From positions 57,320 to 121,319 of the forward strand of contig DF237204.1 of NCBI GenBank assembly GCA_000708835.1: DNA of 64,000 bases. The letters are read 5' to 3'. Source of the DNA: Klebsormidium nitens. Its lineage: Eukaryota; Plantae; Klebsormidiophyceae. The notes under the pieces are model-generated. The model searched no databases and was not told the origin of the DNA. It saw nothing but the letters and a program-made list of their open reading frames with translations. The translations under genes and the position numbers were made by a program. This document shows positions 1 to 12,499 of the stretch, piece by piece (the stretch's first letter is position 1; every line of letters starts with the position of its first letter).

Positions 1-631
1 CTCTTACTGGCTGAAGAGATGTGAGCCGTTCACTGCGGATTCTGTATGCAAATGAACGGCCAGGTTTGGCCGTCGCTTGATATACCCGCACTCAGCAACA
101 GCTTGCTGTTTGGAAGGGGTCCTTCCGAACAAGCTGTGGACATGAGCTCGAAGCAGCCATAAACCGTGTTTCCAGCAGGTTGCTCGAGCAGGAGAGAGCA
201 AGCTGTATCGGACTCCGACAAGTATTGCTGCTCAACCTTCTAGAGATTTGGTAGAACACGAAGAAGACGTCGTCAGCTGCTCGCACGCTGCATAATCGGA
301 CTTACACACGCACACTCAGATTCAACATGATCATCCTGTTAGATAAAAGTAGGTGCCTTGATGAAGGTATGCGACCTGATGTTGGAGTGTAACAACCAGA
401 TCTATGTCTCTCTAACGGAAATGCAATGCCTAGTCTCGATGGGATTCAAGCCAGAATGCTGCAATACTAAGGTGCAACCTGCAGGCATAATTAAGGGCAG
501 TCAGCTTATGCAGCTCCCGGAAGCAAAGGACGTGAGCGTGGTGCTACTGAAGCCAGGCGTGTCTGCATTTGACGATTAGCGCTTTAGATTTCTGCAATTA
601 GCGAGGTCGGCAGAGCTGGCTTGAAGACAGG

Positions 632-3600
632 ATGCAGTCGTTTGCTCGAGGGCTTGTGTCAAAGAAGAAGCGGAGGTACAAGGAAAATGGCTTCGACCTG
701 GACCTCAGCTGTACGTCGTAGGCCTCCCTGCAGGGCCCTAGGTTCTGTGTTCGAAGTGTGCAATCTATTCTCCAGTTTTGACGCCGTGCTCCCATGTTTG
801 TTGATTTAACACCGATCGCGAGCCCCTTTGTAGAGCTCTTCTTACGCTTTAGAGCTGCAAAAACCAAAAATGCTGAGAAGCGGCCCATACAGGAAGGCTC
901 GTGACTGGCCTCGGGTCACCACACGACTCAGTACACTTTATCTTCCATCTTGAATTGCAAATGCTAAAAAGTGAGCATAGACATTCAAAAGATGAAACAT
1001 CAGATATTAACATGCGTCGCCGCCGTATACCCTGACATCATAACATTGTCATGGTTCACAAGTCATTCCTTCAGTTGCAGTTCCTCCTGTGCTCAGATGA
1101 TGAAGCAGATTGACCCGCAAGGGCCCCCTGGGTATGCAAGCCGCGGCATATACGTAAGTTTGACAAGCTCCCAATACCAATTTAAGAGGCCCTGTCCTGC
1201 CTCTTACTGCAGACATCACGCCGCGCATCATCGCCATGGGTTTCCCATCAGAAGGTACAGAAGGCATCTACCGCAACCCGCTGTCCGAAGTCTTGCGCCT
1301 CCTCACCAAGATGCATGACAACCACTACCTCGTCTTCAACCTGTGAGCGGCGCAGAGAGACCCTTCGAATCCTATGTCTGCACAATGCGTGGTTCTCTTT
1401 ACTGTGTGCTGATAAGCATTGTCATGGCAAGCAGTCTAAGTGTTCAGACAATGGCTTTGAATGCGAACAAATGGTGTTGATGGCCTAAGCTAAATTCGAA
1501 TTACAGCTGCTCTCAAGACGGCTGCCCCTGGTTGATATAAGAAGTCAATGTGGTTCTTTTTGCCAGAGTGCTGCCGCAAGATCGTCTCAAGGGCAGCTGG
1601 CTTACCATCAAACGTTACTCTGCAGCCTTGGCTGCTTTCACTTCCTGGCAATGCTTGCTGCAAATCCTTCCATAGGGGAGGCGAGACGAAAGCAATGAAC
1701 AAAAGGACCGCTGATTGATCATGGAAGCGGACGGCATGCTCACGCCAGACAGAACACCATAATCAGAAGGGCAAGGATCTCGGAAGTATCTGAGCTTGAC
1801 AACCAATCAGCTCAAAGGCAGAGGGCTCACATAGGGAAAAGCCATAATTGGAAATCTTACGCAGGATTGGTCGACTTGGAAGACACCCCTTAGCGAGACA
1901 GTCAAGACTCAACCAACTAAAGGCCTGCTTCTCCTCTTTCACGTTTCAGATGCTCGGAACGGGCGTATGATGCGGAGAAGTTCAACGGCCAAGGTGAGCA
2001 ATACGAAAACCCTGTGTTCCTTTTGGCAGTCTCCAAGCCCGCTAGCTCATCTGCTCTCTCGTAGGGCACTTCTTCGGTCGTTTCGAATCTACAAAGACTC
2101 AGCCGTCGTGTCGTTTACATTCCGCATTAATGGAAAGCAATTTTGCTGATCATGTTAAAGGGATATACATGGGGTGACTGCAAAAGTTGTCCTCAGCAGC
2201 ACCAATCATTTCCAGCGGATCCGTCTCTTGCTGACGACGGTCCGATTGATCCAATTACAGTGGAGCGGATACCGTTTGACGACCATCAAGCCGCCCCCCT
2301 CGAGGTTATCCAAGCCTTTTGCCTGAAAGCCGTAAGCAATGCACCCTCATGAAACAAATAGGCCTTGGGCTTCGAATAGCGGTTTCACTGTCATTTGCCA
2401 ACTTATGAAGAGTTCTCTTTGCACGATGCTGGATTTGACAGGGATCTGTTCAATATGTCTTTGGACGTACAAATGGAGCTTGAACACTGCAGTCGTGCAA
2501 AAGCCAGTTTCTGGTCTGGAGGGATCGTTTGAAGATTCGGTTGGCTTCAGTGTCCGGCTGCGACATGCGAAAGGCTGCTGCAACCACGAAGCCCAAATGA
2601 GTCGTGAGAGGCAGCCGCCGCGTAGATGAGTCTCCTCCATAGTGATCCTTTCAAAAGCCAGGTTTGATAAGCAGAAAGATCCAGAGCGTAGAGATCGCAG
2701 CTTCCAGGTTGTAAAGCACAGGAATCCACTGCAGCCTGGATCCAAGAAGCGAGTCCAGCTCTGTTTCTTTGTGCGTCCTTGATTTTCCACCTCAGATTGA
2801 GGACATGAATTCCTCAAGGCGCACTCCCCCGTTCGCGGAGTCCAAAGCCTTATATCAGAAGTTCCACCCCTTGAGTTATCACCTCTTCCATTTCCCCCCC
2901 CCTTGGCTACTCAGGACGCGTGGCTGGCGCGGCACCCCCAGAACGTGATCGTGGTGCACTGCAAGGCGGGCAAGGGCCGCAGCGGCCTCATGATCTGCGC
3001 GCTGCTGCTCTTCCTGGAGCTCATGCCCGACCCGGACACCGCCATGCGCTTCTACGCGGACAAGCGGACCAAGAACGGCAAGGTGCGGACGTGCGGACGT
3101 TCAAATAAGTGCCCGTATACGAAAATAGCTTGTTTGTGGCTGGGGCCTCGAGCGTAACCTGAACAATTGGTCTTCAAACGAAGAGATGTGCGATGCGATA
3201 CTCAGGAGAAGGTAGAACCTTCTCCACTTCGTTTCTGGCTAGGTAATCCTGATCAACCACTTCAATTTGTCAGATGCTTACTGAAGCCCAAAGTGACACG
3301 GGTCCAAGCTGCCCACGAAACAGCATTCAAAACGGTCGAAGCTGGAGGAAACTTTGCGTTCTCCATTTCTAAGCCGCTTGGCAATAACACAATAACTGTC
3401 TCAGAATCTTCGGTTTTCACCGAACCTGGCGTGGGGGCAGGTCGTTGAAAAAGGATCGGGATCTTTGCGAGCTTCTAAAACCGAAGACGTGTCCTTCTCT
3501 CGCAGGGAGTGACCATCGCCAGTCAGCGGCGGTATGTGCGGTACTACAACGACAGCCTGGTGAATGGGCCCCGGCCTGCGGCCATGCTTCGACTGGTCCA

Positions 3601-5505
3601 GGTCAAAGTGACGGCCACGATCGCGGTGAAAGGAGGTGCGTCGCGACGTTCTTCGTTGCCACTGCTTCCGAAGCAGGATCTAGCTGATGTACAGGAACAC
3701 AAATCCTAAGTAGCAGGGAATCCGCTGGAGATGCAACAGTTACGAACTTAAGGAATGGGAGCCGAACCGAGAAATCTGATAAGCTCCAGGTGTAGAGTCC
3801 CAGATTGGAATCTCTTGACAAGACCTGGCAGAATGGAACCTGGTCTCCAGTCTGAAAGAAGCAGGGAGGTGATGCGACGTCCAATCTGGGCTCCCAAACG
3901 GGAGTTCGTATTCTGGTAGCTATTTCTGCAAGAAGGTATTAGCCGAGACAATTGATGTTTCGAGCAGGGGGTCTGGTAGCTATGGCTGACGTCGGTTTTT
4001 CTTGTGCAGACGTAATCCTAGTCGTCTCGTGCAACAACGGCACGGGAGACTATAACGTGACGCCGGTACTTACGTCAACCGTAAGCCATCTCAGGAAAAC
4101 TGCACGTCTTCTCACAAGTTCTCCGGTACTGAAGCCACGACTTTTCAAATCGTGCTGTTGCGAGCGGAGGATTACATCATACGATTGTGCGAGCCGTATC
4201 TTCATGAGCTACCGGGATACATGCTGCCCGCTGTCACTTTTTCCAACCTTCCGGAGCATTCGAAGGTGATGCTTGACTGTAACTTACAAGTTTTTCTCCT
4301 TCGTCCACTGCTCAAGCAGCTACGTTTACTTGGAGAAGAACTTCTTGTGTTCATCTGAAGTAAGCAATCGGGGTTGCCGGGCCGCAGGAGGAGGGCAGCA
4401 TACGGAGCTTGAACCGGCAGATCGTACGGCGGACGCTGACCCTGGACGTCCGGCCGGTGCTGCTGATGGGGGACGTCAAGGTGCAGCTGTTCGACAGGAA
4501 GATCGCCAAGGACGTGAGTGGAAGAGAGAGATTGTTACTTCATTTGATCCAAGAGAAAGGATACAGATGTACCTCTGGACGCGAATTCGGAGGTACGAAG
4601 GAACCTTCGAAAGGAAGACGATTTGCTATATTAAACGGACCTTCACCGAAGTGCGATGGAGTGCATCGGAAGGGTACTCGTGCTCCCAACCGTCAAAATG
4701 ATTAATCACTTCCTATCTGATTCAAGGCATTTAGATGGTGCGTCAATTGATACCCCACCTGATACGCTCGACGGATTGAAGTTCTGACCCAACAGAAGGA
4801 GCACCTTTCTCCATGTAAACCCTGTACATTTGTTCAATGGCCTGTATGAAATAGATAATGTTTCTCATTCTAGAGACTTCTGGCACAGAGGTGTCAATGA
4901 AAAACTGCGACGCTCTCTCCTCGCCAGGCGTCTCTCTTCTACTGCTGGTTCAACACGGGCTACGTGGCAGAAGGCAAGTGGGCGGTGCAGCGGGACGAGA
5001 TGGACAAGCCAGCCAAGAGGCAAGGGCTCCAATCGAGTTGACTTCACCAAGTTTTTTCAATCCCAGACCAGGAACAAATTGAAACGACGTTCAATTTCTC
5101 TGCTGCACATACTCTTGGGAAAATCCTCGTCTAGAGTCTTTTGGGAGGTGTTGAAAGCTTTCTGAAGCGGCGCTATCAAAGCGCCCAAACATAGAGCTTA
5201 AAAAAGGACGCGTATTTCAGAATTTTGAATTCCCCCATACACTCTGAAAGTCCGGGAATTGTTAAGAGCCCTTCTTTTTTGGCCAGACTCTTTTACCACT
5301 TCTTGCACGGCCTGAAGAAGCATTGCTCTGTATGCAGTCTCGAAGACGACCTGCGTTTGGAGCTCTCTTTTACCGCACCCACGACTTCTGGCGCTCCTTC
5401 GGGACCTACAGACCCTGGTGCAGCACAAGCGGAAGACCGAGACTCGGACGGAGATGAAGATCCGTCCTTTCAGCGTCCTGAAAGTGGACACCCGCGTCCC
5501 GGCGG
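632..5505 (+). CDS. PTEN: PTEN-type phosphoinositide phosphatase (phosphatase + C2 domains), multi-exon core
   Basis: Spliced exons are about 632-710, 1212-1342, 1950-1993, 2261-2331, 2915-3082, 3506-3635, 4010-4066, 4388-4513, 4928-5019 and 5338-5505. They translate to [50 protein letters not shown]...NLCSERAYD...PFDDHQAAP...[10 protein letters not shown]...[14 protein letters not shown]...GDVKVQLFD...FYCWFNTGY...DEMDKPAK, which are the PTEN signature motifs. Splice sites are GT-AG except for one probable GC-AG. Confidence 0.95.
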
Positions 5506-5831
5506 GTAAGCTCAACGAATAAATGTACGCGAAAGAGGCACGCTTGTCTGTCGGGCATGCCTGTTTGATATGCAGACTGGAGGGATTGAAGAATTGGTGT
5601 TTCAGTTCGGGCCGATAATCCGCAGACTCAGAAGGATTGGGGATAAAAGTAATGGCACGGATTGCAAGGAGGGGGGCAGATCTATATATCGTCTGCAGGT
5701 GAAGGGTTGTGCACAGCAACGACGTGCAACTTACGCAATGGTAACATTTCGCAACTTGTAAAGGGACATTAGAGGTACTTAAAGTGTAGAGAAGTATTGT
5801 TGCTAAGTTGGTTCGTTCCTCTCGGTCGCAG

Positions 5832-8800
5832 GCAAACAGGCCACAGATGGACGCCCGTTGGAACCGGGGGTCGGGCCGGCACTGCTCAGCAAGATCAGCT
5901 GCCCGCCTCCACCAATCAGAGCTTGCCACCTGGCAGCACGCGGTCGCCACCCGCGACTGCCCAGAATCCAAACAGAACCGAGTTGGAAAGACGAACGGCC
6001 AGTCTGGGTGGCCCTTTAGGCTCCAAGAGTCGGGAGCAAAACGTGCGCGAGGCGAGAAAACGATCGTGCCAAATCATCATGCCGCATAAATGAGGATCGT
6101 TGCATTGCAGTAATTGAATACAGGCGAGCAATCTTGTTAACCACATCGGAGTTCCGTTTCGACTTCGCGTCATAAATCAGATGCAAGGCGACTCAAAACA
6201 ATGCTCTGCGTGTAGCTGCTTGCCGGGAAGTCCAGCCGACTTCATTGTCTGGTGCGCTTTAATGCAGATCAAGTCTGCCCCTAAGGAGTACCTCACTATT
6301 TTGATCTTGGTCGACAGACCCAATTTGGCGAAACAAGACTTGATTGGCTGAGGGCAGTGCAACATCTGACTTTGCGCCATGTTTCACTTGTCATTTCCAA
6401 ACTATTGAATTTGCAGGTAGGGCGGAATCGGGTGCTGCCAGAAGCGGAAGCCTGGCGGCATCCTCCCGATACAGCTGCGACGGGGGTCGCTGAACGAGTT
6501 GTTGCGTCGACATGTGCAAATAAGACAATCGTAAGCCTGATGTAAGAGGATCTGCATAATCGGGGTTCAGCCGGGGTGATGTAGTGCGCCCCAAATTCGA
6601 GCTTGCTTGCACTAGCCTGCAAACAGGTTCTGTCCAACTTGACCTCAAGAGAGATCCTTACAAAAGTGGAATGCCGACCAGACTGTCTCAGGAGGAACGT
6701 AAGATTTGATTCACAGTCGTCGAATTTGTAAAAGCTACATAGATCTGTACAGCCCTTCCGTTTAACGGCAACCTCAAAAAAGGGCGTCTTCCAACCTGGC
6801 TTTTTGCCGTCTGCAACCTGGAACGTCACGAGAATTGCCGCAGAATTGTTCGGACCTTGATCATATTGGTCGGGGGCAACCGACCGATGCGCTACAAGAT
6901 TCGAGCTCCCCAGCGCGAACAGATCTTAGTCCGCCCTTTTACGACTGCTTTTCTGTTCAATGATCCTCAGGAAAGCCATTTCGATGGACCCAAGAGCAGG
7001 CGAGAGTTCTCAGCTTCTGTCGTCTCCTGAAGGTCCAGCAGCCGCCGAAGAAATGCTGCTTTTGAAAGCGGACCTGGTGTCTTTGAGAGAGGAGCTGGAG
7101 GAAGAGAAAAAGGGCGCACGACAGCGAGAAGAGGTAAAACCGGATGCCGCCGTGCCTTTATTTTTTCGCGAGCAATCTAGCGTGTCCTGAGTAAGACTTA
7201 GGTTTAGGACCTCGTCCTGCTTGAACCGTTGAAACGCATGAATCATGACGGTAAAAGGCCGTAGAACACCAGCGGAAAAAGAAATGGACGTTAGTAAGAT
7301 CGAGTAAGGCACTCTCAGGGTCAACAAACCCGCAAATCAACTCGTGTGCGTCATCCACTGTTTTCTGGAAGGTCGAGGGACCACGTGGCAACCCCAAGAG
7401 TATCTCTTGACCGCCAGGCGCTCGCGGCGCGGTTGTCGGCGGTGATGCCGCACGCGGAGGAGTGGGAGGCGCAGCTGCGCGCGCAGCATGACGCGGAGTT
7501 GCGGCACGTGCGGGACGGAGCAGAGGAGAGGGAACGGCAGAGGGGGGCGGAAGACGTCCGGTAAGCGTTGAAGTGTCCAAAACGTTTACAGCATGCAAAC
7601 CGTCCGAAGCGACCGAAGTGTTACTCCTTCTAATGGCAAGTGGCGAATGTGAGCAATTTTTAACTCGTAGGTTTTGCGGAGCGGCCAGGTAAATCTTGCA
7701 GATCACAAGACAAAGAGATCCTTGACGTGGAGGGTTTAAAAGGACAGATGAACCAGTAGTTGCAGGATACCTGTGGATGTCTGAAGTAGAGTCGCCAGGA
7801 TTTCAATCTGGAACAGACTCTTTCCAAAATTCAGGTAAAACCCGGGAGTCGGTTAGCGGGGATTGCGACTGCGGAAGTGCTTGCCTCAGATCTCTGCTTT
7901 TGAGCGCAAAAGGACTATGTACCATCAACATGAGGAAGCCACTTGGAAAGGCTTGAGGGTGGTTGCATTAGGGGCGTTGTGCTCTTGTATCTGAAGTTGA
8001 TGGTTATCGTCTTTCCTCCCAAGATACCCACTCGTCAACCAAAAAAATGCCGTATCTGCAGATGGCGAGATCGCGAGAACGAGCTCTTGATGGCCCTCGC
8101 GGAGGCCTGTGATCAGGCGAAAACGTTACAGGGGCAACTAGAGGCGGAGGTGGCGGAACGCAGCAAGGTTAGAGATCAGTTAATACTTGTTTCACTGTTT
8201 TTGGTTCTGAGCACTTTTCCTTTCTGTCAGTACTCAAGTTGCTAATCACGCGCAAGCTGGGGAAACTGCTGACTCCAGAGTTCTGCAAACAGCTCATTCA
8301 ATCTGCCGCGCACTGCCAGAACCAGTTCTTCCCGCTTATTCCTCCAGATATTTGCCCTCCGTATGGTCTCATGCAACTGATTCTGTTTGAGAGCAATTCA
8401 ACGGGCAGCTGATCGCTCGTTTCCAGCTGCAAGAAGAGTTGCGACTCCTGAAAGGGAAGGTCGAGCGCGCGCGCCAGAAGGGGTGCTGCCCTGCCTGCGG
8501 CGCGGCTGCGCAGGGCGACACGCGCGGCTCGCCCCAAGCAGAGCGGCCGGCGTCGCCCCGGAGAACACAGGTACGATATTTCGGGCGACAGTCGACTCTA
8601 CGTCCCGTGGGAGACATTTGCCCCTTTTCTCTCCATCTCCTGAAATCTCGAGCGACCATCGAGTCTACGTACAGGGAAAACTACGTGCCTTTTCCTCAAT
8701 GCATCTTTTGAAAACCAGATCTGCCGTGGACGTTGTAAACTGTTGTCCCTGCAAATCAAAGGATCCTTCGAGGGACTCAACGGCAAAGTTTGGAAATTTC

Positions 8801-9640
8801 GGTCTCCATTAATCTGTTGAAATAGACGGCAGAAACGCCTTTGGATTGTTAACCAATGAAGTTTGTTCCGCAGGCTTTGCCGAGCCGACCTGTTAGCGAA
8901 TCCTCCGCCGATGCACTACGCTTGAGTTCCGCTGCGTGGCGGATCCGGGCGGCGACGGAAGGCCTTGTAGGGAAGGCGTGGCACGAACCAGACAAGTCCG
9001 CGTCCAACGAGGTGAGGGACCACGGCCGAAAAAGCGCCGTCCGGGTAAAGCTGACTTGTGACCATGCGTTTGACTATCAGTAACATGCCTTAATGGGTTG
9101 AAGCCAAATCAGCTGCCTTCAAGTCCGAAGCGATTGAGAGACAAAATCATCCGATTGACAGCTGAGGGAACGTTGAGTAATCACGTTCCTTCTTCCTCCC
9201 CCGAATTTGTTCTGCCTTCCAGCGGCTGCTATGGGGACTCGCTTTCGACCTTCCGATGGCTCCCCAACATATGCTAGATGTCCGCCTTCTGCACCAATCC
9301 ATTTTCATGTTGTACTGGCGGAAAAACTTTTCCTCCTGACTCTCCTGTTGTGGGCGTCTCGTGCCCGAACTTAGCCACACCTTCGTCGAGTCTTATATGA
9401 AAGTGATGGGCTTTGACAATCCACTTTCTTCCTTTTCGGCAGCAGGTGATGGTGGACCTGCAGGACAGCGTCACCCGGATGCAGACGTTGATGCGCGAGC
9501 TGCGGAAGGAGCAGAACATGAACGGCAAGCTGAACGCGCAGATCCAGTCCTTCCTCACAGCTGGGCAGCTCGGAGAATTACGGCTGGATCGAAAGCCTCT
9601 ACGAGAAAAAGCTTGCACACTTTGGAAGACCTTGGTTTGA
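5832..9640 (+). CDS. Probable C-terminal extension of the PTEN gene: low-complexity linker plus coiled-coil exons
   Basis: GC-rich exon-like blocks lie near 5832-6042, 6420-6530, 6971-7133, 7410-7560, 8062-8168, 8390-8570, 8873-9010 and 9446-9640. They encode helical segments such as LKADLVSLREELEEEKK, LAEACDQAKTLQGQLEAEVAERSK and LQDSVTRMQTLMRELRKEQNMNGKLNAQIQSFL, ending at TGA 9638-9640. The 5505 donor and 5832 acceptor are phase-compatible. Some internal junctions are uncertain. Confidence 0.6.
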
Positions 9641-12499
9641 TGATCGGATCAACCAATAACTCGAACTTCATAATGCAAGGTTTAATTCGCAAGTTGAGCG
9701 CGAGCAAGTTCCATCAAGAGTCCATTTCACGCGGCAAGGCAGTGGGCTTTGCGATGAGGCACCCTTTCAGTACCACGCCACTTGTTAAGCGCGCAATTCT
9801 TTACCTGAATCATTGGCTGGAAAACTTCGAAACCTTGAGCGGATCTGAGCAACAGGATTGAAATCATTTCCACTCGCACAGTCAATCTGAAGACCAACCC
9901 ATCTACCGTCTTCGACAGTGATTCCTGATTTATGCTGTGGATGGCTAGCTACTAAGTGGGAAGGCCTTTCGACCTAAGCCCATTGTTGTTCGCTCTGCGC
10001 TAGGACAAGTCCCGACCCGCCACACTTTCCTCCCTTGTCCAGGCATGTCCAGTTCAGCCTTTACGACTCGGGTCTCAGCTGTTTAAGGTCACCTGACGTC
10101 AACTCATCCGATCGAAGACTGTCAAGAATCCAAGAAGCCCTCGGTCTTTAATCTCCTGTTCGCAGCTGCTAGCGCACGGCTCGGTTACAGACATGGATGT
10201 GAAAGGCCCATCGAACTGGCAACGGACGCGTCAGATCGAAGTCTCGAAAATGATTGTCGATCACAATGCACTGAGTGGGTGAACAGCGGGCTGTGACTAA
10301 TGGCGAAAAGGCACACATAAGCGGTTTCTCACAGTGGCTCCGACTGCGGAACAGGTTAGGCATGGGCATGAGAAACGTTCATGATCCAAGAAGCCTTCAT
10401 GATTTGGAATTGCAAGGAAGCGACTCCGTGGGCTCTCGAATCTACTCATGCCGTCTGACACAGCTTTCCGGAAGTTCCATGCTTACGAGAAGTCAGCGGG
10501 GCGGCTTGAAATTTACAACCCCTGATATAAGTTGTTCGAGTTTTAAGGCCGCAGCAACGTACGGGCCAATGAACATGTTCGCTTCTGTCGCTTTGGATGG
10601 ATAGTTGGATGGCAACAAAGACGTAAGGACACGTGCACGAGGACATTGAAAACAGCTGACCATTTCTAGCACACCCTCAAAGTTGACTTCGTTTGATCGT
10701 TTGATCGATGATCATGCTGGCCACTGCTGCTGTTGATTTGACTTGCGGCAGATCTGCAACCATATTCGCGCGCGCTGGCGTACTTCAGATCTGTCACATT
10801 GGACCTTTCCAAACGGTTAGAAGCAGATTCTCGTAAGTATTGACTCATTCCTTAAGTTAAGGAGGTTTGGCAATACCGCTGGATCTATCCGTTTCCTTAC
10901 ATGAAGAGCAATTGATCATCAGTGCGGGTCTGCATCATGCATGTGTGGGCCGCTACCTTGATCGAGACAGTTCGACAATACGAAGGGGAGATATATATGT
11001 AGAACCAACCTGGCAAACCAACCTGCATTACGCCAAAATGGATGTATGTAAAGAACTCTAATCGTCATTTGACCTCGCGGCGAGCAGCTTTGGGTCACAA
11101 CGTACACTAATGCTGGCGCTCTATGGCACGCTTGTCAAGTGTGCAACCGTCAAGTTCTCACGATATGGAGGTGCGCAACGTCGCAAGCGAAGGCAGAAAT
11201 CAACTTCTCGAGATCATGATCACGCGAAGCCGTTTCAGGGCATGTAAAGTAATGCTCTGAACGGCTTGCAAAAATTGCAGGTAACGACCAGAGGGTCGCC
11301 CCTGCAAGGTGTGTTCGGTATTGGGTAATAGCACAGCAAGCCGTCCCTAGACGGTCATTGACCTGCTGACTCTCCCTGACTCAGGACGAGTTAGCAAAAC
11401 TGAGCCCCTTCACCAGGCTTTATAAGCAACCTCGTTCTATATTGTCTGTGGGTTAATGTGGCACAGGTTCATTCCCACGCACATCGACGCATCGGCCTGG
11501 TAAAGGTTTTGTGACCGTTATCGGTGCCGTCGTAGCGTATTCACACTACTTGGATTCTGCCTCATGGGTCGGGCTTCGACTTCACTGCAGAAATTGAATA
11601 TCTTTTCAGCTGAGCTGGTTTCAAAAGAGGGCGAACGTCAAGATGTGCACAAAGCCATAATAGAGTTGGCTAAACTATAGTTCTGGCAGGTATGTCTTGA
11701 AGTTCTCCTCTGCGTTCTCCTTGCTCTCAAGCTGCCCTACTGCATTACAGGTCTGTTCAAACAGCTGATGCATAGGGAGTTGGACCCAAACAAGTGTGCA
11801 CTTGCTCTTAAACCGCTCCAATGATGTATTTGGAAGTTGCCGGCATGAGTGGATCGATCGTATCACACATGAGTGGGAACTTCTGAAAGATGCTCAAAAC
11901 CAAAGGGTGGTGGTGGTGATTTTTGGTATCCAGTAACAAGGGGTAGGTTTCCCAGAAGAGATTTGGAGCAGCATTGTCCACTACTTCAAGACTTCCTCAC
12001 TCTGGTGAATTGTTAAGGGCTGCGACTGGCATCATGCATTGTCTTTTGTTAGCTGCGCTGGGTGCCCCAAATGGCCTAATACCCAAAATTTTAGATTAGA
12101 AGTCTTGGGGAACACAAGGGAAGAGAAAGCTCAGCTCATTGGGTCTTTTCCGTGTTGCGGCTGCTGCCTTCCAAGTAGACTGCCCTCTTTTTCAGGTGTC
12201 ACCTTTCACGTACTTCTTTTCTTTTACGCCCAGTGATGTCAACTTCTCCTTTTCCAATGTGGCTTGCTTTGTTCGTTTCTTTTCCGGGCGAAAATTTGAG
12301 ATGAGGGCAGGAACGTCACAAACAACGTTCCTCGTACACTGAAGCTGTGTCATGATTGTTTTTGATCACTCTGTTCTTAGACTGGTTATTTGTACCCCTG
12401 CAGCCCCTGAAACCATCTGAGCCCAACCGCTGAAGCTTCGAGTAGATTCACCCTCGTTCAGGGAAACAGGTAGTGCAGCCCTTTGTCACTCCAGCCGTC

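Noticed and set aside
1-631. Possible voltage-sensor domain upstream of the PTEN core (VSP/TPTE type)
   Set aside because: I found no TM or S4-like open frame in 1-600, and the P-loop is HCKAGKGR (PTEN) where VSP has HCKGGKGR. Exons outside the window cannot be excluded.
11460-11690. Splice-like signals and a short frame (MGRAST...IIELAKL) upstream of ZNHIT6
   Set aside because: The implied intron is only about 36 nt, the ORF is under 40 aa, and it has no recognisable motif.
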